Sequence record: DRR723986_4214
Reading direction: 5' to 3' (one strand)
Length of the DNA: 47,364 nucleotides
In this document: piece after piece, positions 1 to 9,123 of the stretch
How positions within the stretch are numbered: position 1 is the first letter of the stretch
Layout of the letters: each line of letters opens with the position of its first letter
Notes under the pieces: model-generated
What the model was told of the DNA's origin: nothing
Seen by the model: only the letters and a program-made list of their open reading frames with translations
The model's database searches: none
Made by a program: the position numbers and the translations under genes

Positions 1-3
1 TGA

Positions 4-96
4 CCCTTCAAGTTTAGCTCCCAAGTCACCAGCCAAGTGGGAAACAAACAGCAGCAGTATCCCTTCAAGTTCAGCTCCCAAGTCACCAGTCCAGTG
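4..96. repeat. Two-copy direct repeat, ~29-36 bp unit, period 57 bp; may continue off the left edge
   Basis: cccttcaagtttagctcccaagtcaccag (4-32) and cccttcaagttcagctcccaagtcaccag (61-89) differ at 1 position; followed by ccaagtg / tccagtg. Confidence 0.85.
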
Positions 97-138
97 CAAC
101 ACAAGGAACCCACGCCGAGTTGGCCAGAAACCGCAGCC

Positions 139-489
139 TCAGGCCCGGCCTTCCGCCTTCGCATCCTCAAGATCAAACTCAACCCCAAACCCGATCGACC
201 CGCGAAATACTTTCACTTTGATCAAGGGCCCCACCGGGCGAAGTTGATCCCAAATCCAGCGGGCAATGTTTTCTGAAGTGGGCAGCTCAATCAACTCGTT
301 CAAATAAGAATGATCAAGCCGCTTGTGCACCGCCCCCACATGTTGGGTCAAAAGACTTTCAGGCACCACATAGCCATCCGTGGCAGGACCTTCAAACCAC
401 ACCTCGGCAGTGTAGCTGTGGCCGTGCAAACCCGGCCAATCGGGTAACTGGTGCGCTACATCGAAGGTGAATTGTTTGAAAACTTTCAT
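139..489 (-). CDS. queD: 6-carboxy-5,6,7,8-tetrahydropterin synthase (queuosine biosynthesis)
   Basis: KQFTFDVAH, LHGHSY, LDHSYLN and PTSENIA motifs; ATG at 489 overlaps the queE stop (ATGA). Confidence 0.92.
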   Translation of the reverse strand: MKVFKQFTFDVAHQLPDWPGLHGHSYTAEVWFEGPATDGYVVPESLLTQHVGAVHKRLDHSYLNELIELPTSENIARWIWDQLRPVGPLIKVKVFRGSIGFGVEFDLEDAKAEGRA

Positions 490-1136
490 GGCATTCCAAT
501 TACTTTGTGGGTTTGTACACTCAAACGCCACTGGGGTTTGTCCAAACAGGTTTGTATGGCCACCTGCATGTTTCTCGTCTTTTTCTGGGGATCGGAGTCG
601 TCCATGGCTTGCACAAAATAGTGATCAAACTGCAATCGACCTAAGGCATTCAAATCCTGCCCCAATTGCGGAACGACTACCTTTAATTCATGGCCGCTGG
701 TTTGCACCAGTTCGCTGCCAAACTTGGGACTGACGCAAATCCAGTCCACACCCAAAGGTACAGGCAAGGTACCATTGGTCTCGATGGCAATTTCAAACCC
801 ATTCGCGTGCACAGCGTCAATCAAAGCAGTGTCAAGTTGCAAGGTGGGCTCGCCACCGGTAAATACCACATAGGGCTTCGCTGTGCCTTGCCCACCCAGA
901 TAGGTCTCTGCGATGGCCCTGGCCAGCGTAACGGCGTCCTTGAATTTGCCACCGCCCACGCCATCGGTGCCCACAAAATCGGTGTCGCAGAATTTGCACA
1001 CGGCCGTGGCCCTGTCTTCCTCGCGTCCAGTCCACAAATTGCAACCGGAAAACCGACAGAACACAGCCGCCCGGCCTGCCTGGGCACCTTCGCCCTGCAG
1101 GGTATAAAACATCTCTTTGACGGTGTATGTGGCCAC
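486..1136 (-). CDS. queE: 7-carboxy-7-deazaguanine synthase, radical SAM, CX14CX2C type
   Basis: FYTLQGEG, CNLW-x-CKFCDTDF, VFTGGEP, IETNGT, VSPK and RLSVQTHK motifs; GTG start; adjacent to queD. Confidence 0.95.
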   Translation of the reverse strand: MATYTVKEMFYTLQGEGAQAGRAAVFCRFSGCNLWTGREEDRATAVCKFCDTDFVGTDGVGGGKFKDAVTLARAIAETYLGGQGTAKPYVVFTGGEPTLQLDTALIDAVHANGFEIAIETNGTLPVPLGVDWICVSPKFGSELVQTSGHELKVVVPQLGQDLNALGRLQFDHYFVQAMDDSDPQKKTRNMQVAIQTCLDKPQWRLSVQTHKVIGMP

Positions 1137-1204
1137 GGCAATTTCGCTTGTTTGCTACAGGCGCAATGCTACTTGAATTGGGAAAGTGTGCACAGAAAAA
1201 GGGC

Positions 1205-1235
1205 AAAAAAAATGCCCGATATGGTTAATCGGGCA
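1205..1235 (-). terminator. Rho-independent terminator of the candidate sRNA
   Basis: tgcccgat/atcgggca stem (1213-1235) followed by T8 on the minus strand. Confidence 0.8.
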
Positions 1236-1265
1236 AACCTCAGAAGCAAAGGAGGAGGGATGTGA
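1205..1265 (-). ncRNA. Candidate ~60-nt small RNA with a CU-rich anti-SD seed and intrinsic terminator
   Basis: Minus strand reads cacaucccuccuccuuugcuucugagguuugcccgauuaaccauaucgggcauuuuuuuu; sigma70-like promoter directly upstream; no ORF. Confidence 0.65.
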
Positions 1266-1271
1266 GCCCTT

Positions 1272-1300
1272 AGTTTGCAAGCAGTCCGTTTGACCTGCAA
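1272..1300 (-). promoter_or_regulatory. Candidate sigma70 promoter TTGCAG-N17-CAAACT
   Basis: -35 at 1295-1300 and -10 at 1272-1277 on the minus strand, exact 17-bp spacer, just upstream of the sRNA candidate. Confidence 0.5.
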
Positions 1301-1442
1301 GTCCATTTTTCGAGGCTTTCCTCGAAACTCCAGAGTTACATCCAAGGTTTTTGACTAGAAGGAAAATTCAAAAAACTGCGAAATATAATCGCCGCTTTGT
1401 TTTCCGGTGAACGCCTGTAAGCCAAAGAAACAATTAGAGCAA

Positions 1443-1486
1443 AACACCCAATTCAAGCAGGGTGTTGTTTTCTTTTTAACACCCTG
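1443..1486. terminator. Alternative-hairpin / terminator-like element downstream of the DUF1415 gene
   Basis: aacaccc (1443-1449) and aacaccctg (1478-1486) can each pair with cagggtgtt (1458-1466); T-rich run 1468-1477. Confidence 0.45.
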
Positions 1487-1490
1487 TTGT

Positions 1491-2057
1491 TTATCTCCCG
1501 CCCGCACCTTTCAAACATGCAGTCAACAATGCCTGCATCTTTTCAAGACCCTGCTCATTCATGCAATCAATATTGCGCTCGGGGATCAAATCCACGTCGG
1601 GATAATTGTCGATGGCCTCGCTTAAACTGTCTTCGCGCAGCAGGTGCAACATGGGGTAAGGCGAACGGTTGGTGTAGTTTTCAACATCGCCGGGATCTGT
1701 ACCACCAAACTGATAATCAGGGTGAAAACTGGCCACCTGGTAAACGCCTTCCAGGTTCATGTCGACCAGCAACTCATCAGCAGCCGTCAGAAAATCGTTG
1801 TACTGGTAAAAATCCTGCAGAACTTGCGGGTGAATCAGCAGTGTTGTTTCTATTGAACCGTCCACATTCAACAAAGCCAGCTCATGGGCCAGTTCGTCCA
1901 GCAGTGTGGCTTCATCCCTGGCCTTGCTCACCACAAAACGTACGCGATCTTTCACCAGTTCGCGTTTGGCGAAGGGACACAAATTAAAAGCCACCACCAC
2001 TTGCTCTACCCAGCGGCGGGTGGCTTCAATAACCTCAAGGTCTGTTTCGCGGGTCAT
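1491..2057 (-). CDS. DUF1415 family protein
   Basis: FNLCPFAK, ETTLLIHP, YQVASFHPDYQF and NYTNRSPYPMLHLLRE motifs typical of DUF1415. Confidence 0.85.
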   Translation of the reverse strand: MTRETDLEVIEATRRWVEQVVVAFNLCPFAKRELVKDRVRFVVSKARDEATLLDELAHELALLNVDGSIETTLLIHPQVLQDFYQYNDFLTAADELLVDMNLEGVYQVASFHPDYQFGGTDPGDVENYTNRSPYPMLHLLREDSLSEAIDNYPDVDLIPERNIDCMNEQGLEKMQALLTACLKGAGGR

Positions 2058-3449
2058 TTAAAACGGCAACTTCACATCGGGTGCTACCGCCAAAATGGCA
2101 GCCTTGAACTCGCCTTGAATACGGGCCAGCGCAGCATCACTGTCGGCTTCAAAACGCATCACCACGACCGGTGTAGTGTTGGACGGGCGCGCGAGCCCAA
2201 AACCGTCGGCATATTCGGCCCGCACACCATCAATGGTATTGACCGATTCCGAACTTGGAAACTTACCCTCGGCCTGCAAACGTTTCACAATGTCAAAGTT
2301 CACACCTTCAGCTGTTTGCAACTGCAATTCGGGTGTGCTCGATGAATTGGGCAATGCATTCAGTTCAGCGCTGGGGTCGCCGCTGCGCGACAAAATCTCC
2401 AGCAAACGCACGCCGGCGTACAAACCATCGTCAAAACCGAACCAGCGTTCCTTGAAAAACACATGGCCGCTCATCTCGCCGGCCAGTGGGGCACCGGTTT
2501 CCTTCAACTTGGCCTTGATCAATGAATGGCCGGTCTTCCACATCAGTGGCTCACCACCTGCAGCTTTTACAGCCTTGGCCACATGACGTGTGCACTTCAC
2601 GTCATAAATCACCATGGCGCCAGGGTTACGCGCAATCACATCACGCGCGAACAAAATCAACTGGCGGTCGGGATAAATAATTTCACCGTCTTTGGTCACA
2701 ACGCCCAGGCGGTCGCCATCGCCGTCAAAGGCCAAACCAATTTCAGCATCGCCGTTTTTCACGCAAGCAATCAGGTCTTGCAGGTTCTCTGGATGAGCAG
2801 GGTCAGGATGGTGATTGGGGAAATTGCCATCCACCTCACAAAACAGCTCTGTCACCTCACAGCCCAAAGCTTCATAGAGTGTTTTTGCAAATGCACCCGC
2901 TACACCGTTGCCACAATCGACGGCAATTTTCATGGGACGTGCCAGTTTGATGTGCCCCAGAATATTGCTCAAATAATCAGGCCACACATTCAGTTCACGG
3001 TAGCCACCGCGCTGTACGCCAGGTACTACGCCACGCACGGGCTTCTCGGTTTGAATCCATTTCAACAGTCCCTGAATGGTATCGCCGTACAAGGTTTCAC
3101 CAGCCACCATCATTTTCAGGCCGTTGTACTGCGGGGGGTTGTGGCTGCCGGTCACTTGCACACCGGTGCCATTGCCCAGCAAGAAGGTTGCAAAATAAAC
3201 CAGTGGGGTTGCCACCATGCCCACATCCACCACATTCACGCCCGCATCCCGAAAACCATCGGCCAGTGCGCCACACAGGCGTGGGCCACTCAAACGCCCA
3301 TCTCGCCCCACCACCGCCTCGTTTTTGCCGCGACTCAAGGCCAACTGCCCCAAAGCACGCCCCACGCAATAGGCAGCTTCTTCGGTCAAGGTGTCGTCCA
3401 CAATGCCGCGAATGTCATAGGCTTTGAAAATAGAGGAGGAGATGCTCAT
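2058..3449 (-). CDS. algC: Phosphomannomutase/phosphoglucomutase (AlgC-like)
   Basis: FKAYDIRG, VTGSHNP (catalytic Ser), FDGDGDR (metal loop), AGEMSGH and RPSNTTP motifs; start trimmed to ATG 3449. Confidence 0.93.
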   Translation of the reverse strand: MSISSSIFKAYDIRGIVDDTLTEEAAYCVGRALGQLALSRGKNEAVVGRDGRLSGPRLCGALADGFRDAGVNVVDVGMVATPLVYFATFLLGNGTGVQVTGSHNPPQYNGLKMMVAGETLYGDTIQGLLKWIQTEKPVRGVVPGVQRGGYRELNVWPDYLSNILGHIKLARPMKIAVDCGNGVAGAFAKTLYEALGCEVTELFCEVDGNFPNHHPDPAHPENLQDLIACVKNGDAEIGLAFDGDGDRLGVVTKDGEIIYPDRQLILFARDVIARNPGAMVIYDVKCTRHVAKAVKAAGGEPLMWKTGHSLIKAKLKETGAPLAGEMSGHVFFKERWFGFDDGLYAGVRLLEILSRSGDPSAELNALPNSSSTPELQLQTAEGVNFDIVKRLQAEGKFPSSESVNTIDGVRAEYADGFGLARPSNTTPVVVMRFEADSDAALARIQGEFKAAILAVAPDVKLPF

Positions 3450-3572
3450 GGTTGAATACCCGAAATAGTCAAAATAGAAAGTTGAGAACGCAAGGGCCTG
3501 ATCCAACTCCACGCGTTGAATACATAGACTCAAGGCATAATACTACTTTCGTTGTTTTGGTTTGTTTTCAAT

Positions 3573-4418
3573 ATGGCCAACTATGTGATTGGCGACGTTC
3601 AGGGTTGTCTGGATTCCTTATTGACGCTACTGGATAAAATCCGGTTCAACCCTCAAAACGACACGCTGTGGTTTGCCGGCGATCTGGTCAATCGAGGCCC
3701 AAGGTCTCTGGACACCCTGAGATTCATCAAAAACCTGGGAGAGAATGCCCACACCGTGCTGGGCAACCATGATTTGCATCTGCTGGCACTTTGGTGCAAC
3801 AGTGGCCGCAGCCATGAAAGCGACACCATTGCCGAAGTGGTTAACGCACCAGATGGCGAAGAACTGGTGGACTGGCTGCGTGGCCAACCCTTGGCCCTTC
3901 GCTTGCCTGTCGTCGACAACACTTTGAACGGCGCCCTACTGACCCACGCAGGCCTGTTGCCGCAATGGAGTTTCGACGATGCCTTGGCCTTGTCCGATGA
4001 GGTACGGCAGGTGTTGTCTGGTCCAGACTGGCAGGCTTTCATGGCTGAACTTTACGGCAACAAACCCAACCGTTGGGAACAGTCGCTGGAGGGATTTGAT
4101 CGCCTGCGGCTGATCGTGAACGTGTTTACCCGCATGCGCATGATGCGCGACGACGGCAAAATCGACTTCAAATACAAACTGGAACCTGCCGATGCACCTC
4201 CAGAACTGAAACCATGGTTTGAGCTCGAACGAGGGTTTTCAGGCGAGGGGCCCATTGTTTTCGGGCATTGGTCCACGTTGGGGCAACTGAAAAACAAAGC
4301 TGGTTATTGCCTGGACACAGGCTGCGTATGGGGTGGTCAGCTGACCGCACTTCGTCTGGAAGATCAAGCGATCATTCAAGTGGATGCGGTAGAACCGCCC
4401 TTGCCCACCATTCCCTGA
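3573..4418 (+). CDS. apaH: Symmetrical bis(5'-nucleosyl)-tetraphosphatase
   Basis: IGDVQGC, GDLVNRGP, LGNHDLHLL, HAG, FGHWS and LDTGCVWGG motifs; ATG 3573. Confidence 0.95.
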   Translation: MANYVIGDVQGCLDSLLTLLDKIRFNPQNDTLWFAGDLVNRGPRSLDTLRFIKNLGENAHTVLGNHDLHLLALWCNSGRSHESDTIAEVVNAPDGEELVDWLRGQPLALRLPVVDNTLNGALLTHAGLLPQWSFDDALALSDEVRQVLSGPDWQAFMAELYGNKPNRWEQSLEGFDRLRLIVNVFTRMRMMRDDGKIDFKYKLEPADAPPELKPWFELERGFSGEGPIVFGHWSTLGQLKNKAGYCLDTGCVWGGQLTALRLEDQAIIQVDAVEPPLPTIP

Positions 4419-4420
4419 AT

Positions 4421-5200
4421 TCAGGTCGCTCCGCTCGTTTGAGCACATAACACACGGATTTTCTCGTGTGCTTCGTCGCTGAGTTCATGCCGTGTGCGCC
4501 CGTGTGTATCGACCGGTGCGTGAATATAAAGCTGAACTACAAACCCGGTTTTGCTGCCCAACAACACCTGAATGTTCTCAAGCAAGGTTTGTTCGCCGAT
4601 AAAAGCAGGCTGCGCAGAAAACTTTCCATCAGGGGTGAAGTATTGCAAGCTGACTGGTACCAAGGGCACCTTGGCCTGTATCGCAGGTTGTACAAAGTTG
4701 CTGTGAAAATGCAGGGGCGCATTTCCAGGCCCGGTTGTGCCTTCCGGAAACACAGCCACGCAACGCCCAGTGCCCAACACCTTGACGGCGGCATGAATTA
4801 CGTCGCGAACAGCATGTCGCTTGCCGCGCTCAATAAAAAGCGTGCCACTGCGCTTGGCCAGCAAACCACCAATGGGCCATTTTGATATTTCAGATTTGGC
4901 AATGAACGTCACCGGGTGAATGCTGTTGAACGCGAAAATATCCAACCAGGACACGTGCGTGCTGTAAAGCAGGCAAGGCTTGTGAATGGCGTAATTCGAT
5001 TCAGGCGATTCATACACCACCTTTACCTTCACATTCAAAATACCCAGCAACTGGCGGGCCCAACGCTTTTCAATGGCCTCTTTCAAAGCTTTGCTGAACA
5101 AGGGCCAAAACACCAACGCCACGACAAAGCCATAGAGCAAGTGAGCAATCAGGCGAATCAACATCCAGGCTTTGCGCATGTTGTGAACCCTAAGCAGCAA
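4421..5200 (-). CDS. 1-acyl-sn-glycerol-3-phosphate acyltransferase family protein (PlsC-like)
   Basis: HVSWLD (HX4D), FIAKSE, FIER and FPEGTT motifs; start uncertain (GTG 5200 or ATG 5179). Confidence 0.88.
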   Translation of the reverse strand: MLLRVHNMRKAWMLIRLIAHLLYGFVVALVFWPLFSKALKEAIEKRWARQLLGILNVKVKVVYESPESNYAIHKPCLLYSTHVSWLDIFAFNSIHPVTFIAKSEISKWPIGGLLAKRSGTLFIERGKRHAVRDVIHAAVKVLGTGRCVAVFPEGTTGPGNAPLHFHSNFVQPAIQAKVPLVPVSLQYFTPDGKFSAQPAFIGEQTLLENIQVLLGSKTGFVVQLYIHAPVDTHGRTRHELSDEAHEKIRVLCAQTSGAT

Positions 5201-6527
5201 GCACTTTCATTTTGCTTTTTTCAAGGCTGCTGTAGCCCACGTTGCCGTTGACCATGGTCAATTGCACCTTGCCCTGCATGGGAAAGCCATTGAACGGCGT
5301 GTGCTTGCCCTGGCTGATCAAACTGGCCTCGCCCACCACCCAATCTACTTCCGGGTTGAACAGGCACAGATCGGCCGGCATACCAGTGCGCAAACTGCCC
5401 GCTTGAACCTTGATAATGTCGGCGGGGTTGCCACACAACAATTCGACAATTCGTGAGGGGGGCACGTTCTGCTCACGCATCCACTTCACGGTCAAAGTCA
5501 ACAACAACTCCAGCCCGGTCGCGCCCGCCTCGCTCTCCGCAAAAGGCAACAACTTGGCATCGTCGTCTACCGGGGTATGGTCCGAGCAAATCGCATCAAT
5601 GGTGCCATCCAGCAAACCGGCACGAATGGCGTCGCGGTCGCGCTGCTCGCGCAAGGGCGGGATCAGGTGGGCGTTGGGGTCGAAGAAACCAATGTCCAGG
5701 TCGGTTAAATGCACGTGGTGGATTGCCACATCGCAAGTCACAGGCAAACCTTCGGCTTTGGCTTGTCGAACCAGTTCAATGCCCTTGGCCGAACTGATGC
5801 GGCAGATATGCATGCGAGTACCTGTTGAACGAACCAACTCAAAGTAGGCCTGCAGTGCAATGGTTTCAGCCATCACCGGAATGCCGCTCAAACCCATGCG
5901 TGAAGCATAAGCACCGGCATGGGCCACGCCGCCCTTGCTGAAGTTGGGCTCAGTGGGCCGCAAAAACACGGTGAAACCAAAGTTACTGGCATACTTCATG
6001 GCTTGCAGCAACACACGCAAATCGCGAATGGGCGATTCAGCCTGGCTAAAGCCCACGCAACCTGCCTCGGTCAGTTCGGCCATTTCAGTCAGCGTTTCGC
6101 CATTCAAACCCGTGGTCAGGGCGCCCAGCGGGTACACCTTGGCCAGGTTCAACTGGCGTGCCTTGAACTTCAACATCTCGATCAAGCCAGGCTCGTCCAG
6201 CACGGGTTCTGTGTCGGGTGGGCACACCAGTGATGTAATACCGCCAGCCATGGCTGCTTCCATTTCACTTTCAAGGGTGGCGCGGTATTCATAGCCTGGT
6301 TCGCGCAGGCGCGCCGACAAATCCACAAGCCCGGGCAGCACCCAAAGGCCAGTGGCATCGATAGTTTTACTCGGCGCGAAGTCGGCAGGCATTTCGCCCT
6401 TGGGGGCCACTGCCACCACACGCCCGGCCGCAACAGCCACATCCATGATTGCATCGGCACCGATGCTGGGGTCTATCACATGTCCGCCAGAAATCAACAC
6501 TCGCATTGTTTTTCCTTTATGGGCCAA
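5190..6527 (-). CDS. Dihydroorotase-like protein (PyrC'/PyrX type, probably catalytically inactive)
   Basis: DHOase-family motifs (PGLVD-x-REPG, AGGIT, PPLR, IDAICSDHTP, ADLCLF), but the HxH metal motif reads DLSAR; follows pyrB; start may be ATG 6506. Confidence 0.9.
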   Translation of the reverse strand: MAHKGKTMRVLISGGHVIDPSIGADAIMDVAVAAGRVVAVAPKGEMPADFAPSKTIDATGLWVLPGLVDLSARLREPGYEYRATLESEMEAAMAGGITSLVCPPDTEPVLDEPGLIEMLKFKARQLNLAKVYPLGALTTGLNGETLTEMAELTEAGCVGFSQAESPIRDLRVLLQAMKYASNFGFTVFLRPTEPNFSKGGVAHAGAYASRMGLSGIPVMAETIALQAYFELVRSTGTRMHICRISSAKGIELVRQAKAEGLPVTCDVAIHHVHLTDLDIGFFDPNAHLIPPLREQRDRDAIRAGLLDGTIDAICSDHTPVDDDAKLLPFAESEAGATGLELLLTLTVKWMREQNVPPSRIVELLCGNPADIIKVQAGSLRTGMPADLCLFNPEVDWVVGEASLISQGKHTPFNGFPMQGKVQLTMVNGNVGYSSLEKSKMKVLAA

Positions 6528-6533
6528 TTCACG

Positions 6534-7505
6534 TCAAGCGCTTTTGCTAGACGACGCCAGAATACTCATCACCGCCATGCGCACGGCAATTCCAAATGTC
6601 ACCTGATTCAAAATCACGCTTTGCGGACCGTCGGCCACAGCCGAATCAATTTCTACGCCACGGTTCATGGGGCCGGGGTGCATCACGATGGCATCGGGTT
6701 TGGCGTGGCGCAGTTTTTCTTCAGTCAACCCAAAGTGCTTGAAATATTCTTGAGCCGACGGAATCAGGGCACCAGTCATGCGTTCCTTCTGCAAACGCAG
6801 CATGATGATCACATCGCAATCCTTGATGCCTTCTACGAGGTCGTGGTAAACGCGCACCCCCATGTTATCCAGATGGCTGGGCAACAAAGTGCTTGGGCCC
6901 ACTGCACGCACCTCGGGGCAACCCAAGGTGGTCAGCGCATGGATGTCGGAACGTGCCACACGGCTGTGCAAAATATCGCCCACAATGGCCACACGCAGCT
7001 TGGTGAAGTCTTGCTTGTAGTGGCGAATGGTATACATGTCGAGCAGCGCCTGTGTGGGGTGGGCATGCCGACCATCACCCGCGTTAATCACGTGTATGGT
7101 GCCACCACTGGTGCGGTTCAAATGCTGGGCCATGAAGGTGGGCGCACCACTTTCCGAATGGCGCATCACAAACATGTCGGCCGACATGGCCGCCAGATTG
7201 TCGATGGTGTCGATCAGGGATTCGCCTTTGCTTGTCGATGATGAACCGATGTTCAGGTTCACCACATCGGCCGACAAACGCTTGGCCGCAATCTCGAAGG
7301 TGGTTCGGGTGCGGGTGGAATTCTCAAAAAACACATTGAACACTGACTTGCCGCGCAACAGCGGGACTTGCTTCACTTCACGATCGGTGACCGACAAAAA
7401 CGATTCAGCAGTGTCCAGAATGCGGTGAATCATCGCCTTGGGCAGCCCTTCAATGCTCAACAGGTGAATCAGCTCACCTGCGGCGTTCAGTTGAGGGTTA
7501 TTCAA
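6534..7505 (-). CDS. pyrB: Aspartate carbamoyltransferase catalytic subunit
   Basis: [36 protein letters not shown] and MHPGPMNRG motifs; TTG start overlaps the pyrR stop. Confidence 0.97.
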   Translation of the reverse strand: MNNPQLNAAGELIHLLSIEGLPKAMIHRILDTAESFLSVTDREVKQVPLLRGKSVFNVFFENSTRTRTTFEIAAKRLSADVVNLNIGSSSTSKGESLIDTIDNLAAMSADMFVMRHSESGAPTFMAQHLNRTSGGTIHVINAGDGRHAHPTQALLDMYTIRHYKQDFTKLRVAIVGDILHSRVARSDIHALTTLGCPEVRAVGPSTLLPSHLDNMGVRVYHDLVEGIKDCDVIIMLRLQKERMTGALIPSAQEYFKHFGLTEEKLRHAKPDAIVMHPGPMNRGVEIDSAVADGPQSVILNQVTFGIAVRMAVMSILASSSKSA

Positions 7506-8008
7506 TTTGGTTTTACCTCCAGCTCCAGGCGGAAAGCACCTTGATCATCTTGGGTCAATACAAACGCTTCGTTGGGTTTCAGCGGCAGGTGCTTGCCCAC
7601 ATACTGCGCATCAATCGGTAATTCACGGCCACCACGATCCAGCAATACCGCCAACTCAATTTTTGCAGGTCGGCCAAAGTCAAACAAATGATTCACAATC
7701 GCCCGTGTGGTTCGCCCTGTGTACAACACGTCATCCACCAGCAAAATCGTGCGGCCCTGAACCTCAAAGGGCACCTCGGCTGGTTTGGGGGCCTCTTTCA
7801 AGCCCCGTTCGGAAAAGTCGTCGCGATAAAAAGCACTGTCGAGAAAGCCGCAAGGCAAGCTGAAACCCAGGTCAGCATGCAGTCGCTCCGCAATCCAGGC
7901 GCCTCCGCTGTGCACGCCAATCAGTCCCAGCTCAGAACGGTCGGGAAAGGCTTTTTCAATTTGATCGCGCAGGCGGGCGTACAAGGCTTCAGGGTTTGGC
8001 AGGCTCAT
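7502..8008 (-). CDS. pyrR: Bifunctional pyr regulator / uracil phosphoribosyltransferase PyrR
   Basis: [20 protein letters not shown] and [10 protein letters not shown] motifs; upstream of pyrB. Confidence 0.93.
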   Translation of the reverse strand: MSLPNPEALYARLRDQIEKAFPDRSELGLIGVHSGGAWIAERLHADLGFSLPCGFLDSAFYRDDFSERGLKEAPKPAEVPFEVQGRTILLVDDVLYTGRTTRAIVNHLFDFGRPAKIELAVLLDRGGRELPIDAQYVGKHLPLKPNEAFVLTQDDQGAFRLELEVKPN

Positions 8009-8439
8009 CGTCCCTCCAGAAAGAATTGTTCCAGAATCAGGCAGGCACTGCCCATGTCGACTCGGCCTTTGTTCTCGCGGGCGGCCTTGCCTCCCATACA
8101 GCTTTCCATGATTGCACTGGTGTAGCGCTCATCGACCAAAGCACAGGGCAAGGCAAAACGCCCCTCCAACTGACGGGCAAAACGCTCACAACGTGCAGTC
8201 AATTCATTGTCGGCGCCATCGGCTTGCCGCGGCACACCCACCACCAAGCCCTCTGGCTGCCACTCTTTAATCAGCTTTTCAATTTTGTCGAAACGCTGCT
8301 CATCATTTTGCGCTTCAACCACGGACACACCACTGGCAGTTTTGGTCAGGGAATTACCAAATGCAACGCCAATTCGCTTCAAACCAAAATCAAACGCCAG
8401 GTACTGTGTCGGTTTGGGCGAATGCACGGGCTTGGTCAT
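8005..8439 (-). CDS. yqgF: Pre-16S rRNA nuclease / Holliday junction resolvase-like YqgF (RuvX)
   Basis: LAFDFGLKRIGVA, VVGVP, VDERYTS and VDMGSACLILE motifs. Confidence 0.93.
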   Translation of the reverse strand: MTKPVHSPKPTQYLAFDFGLKRIGVAFGNSLTKTASGVSVVEAQNDEQRFDKIEKLIKEWQPEGLVVGVPRQADGADNELTARCERFARQLEGRFALPCALVDERYTSAIMESCMGGKAARENKGRVDMGSACLILEQFFLEGR

Positions 8440-8442
8440 TGA

Positions 8443-9027
8443 TTAAGCATGCCCCGCAGCACCGCTCATCAGGGCGGGGTCGATACCCAACATGGCGTAG
8501 GCGCTTGCAAAGCGCTCTTCCAAAGGCGTGTCGAACAGTATTTCATGATTGGCGGGCACGGTGAGCCATGCGTTCTGAGCCAGCTCTTCTTCAAGCTGCC
8601 CCTCGCCCCATCCAGCGTATCCCAGGGTGACCAACCACTTGCCTGGTGCTTCACCACGGGCTACGGCTTCAAGAATGTCGCGAGAAGTGGTCAGGGAAAT
8701 TTCATCATTCACTTTCAATGATGAATTCCAGTTCAAAGGCTCGGTGTGCAGCACGAAGCCACGTTCTGAGGCCACTGGCCCCCCCATCATCACCGGGAAA
8801 TGGGCTGGCATATAGCCTTCCACTTCCACATTGATTTTTTCCAGCAAACTTTCGATGGCCAAGTCGGTGGGCCGGTTGATGACCAACCCCATGGCGCCCT
8901 TGCCGGAGTGCTCACATAAATACACCACGGACCCGGCAAAACTGGGGTCGAGCATATTCGGCATGGCGATCAACAACTGACCGGACAAGCTAAATTCAGT
9001 GGATGTGGAAATTTCGGTCTCGCTCAT
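8443..9027 (-). CDS. yqgE: YqgE/AlgH family protein (UPF0301)
   Basis: LLIAMP, F-x-SVVYLCEH, GAMGLVIN, GGPV and LGYAGWGEGQLEEE motifs, GAAGHA C-terminus; ATG 9027. Confidence 0.93.
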   Translation of the reverse strand: MSETEISTSTEFSLSGQLLIAMPNMLDPSFAGSVVYLCEHSGKGAMGLVINRPTDLAIESLLEKINVEVEGYMPAHFPVMMGGPVASERGFVLHTEPLNWNSSLKVNDEISLTTSRDILEAVARGEAPGKWLVTLGYAGWGEGQLEEELAQNAWLTVPANHEILFDTPLEERFASAYAMLGIDPALMSGAAGHA

Positions 9028-9123
9028 GCCAAAATTGTAATGCCTTTTAACTGTGCAAAAGCGGGTAGGCATTCCTCTATCCGCCTTAAAGCGCACAGAC
9101 CAACCCTAATTTAAGTTGTTCCC

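Noticed and set aside
4-96. CRISPR array
   Set aside because: Only two copies are visible, the spacer is short (21-28 bp), there is no palindrome in the unit and no cas genes are in the window. It cannot be fully excluded without upstream sequence.
1137-1204. preQ1 riboswitch ahead of queE
   Set aside because: No preQ1-like stem with an A-rich pseudoknot tail is recognisable on the minus strand.
2526-3455. 309-aa + strand ORF
   Set aside because: Antisense shadow of the PMM/PGM gene with no recognisable motifs.
7502-8100. PyrR-binding attenuator
   Set aside because: pyrR overlaps yqgF and pyrB with no leader space, and no PyrR binding-loop sequence is seen.
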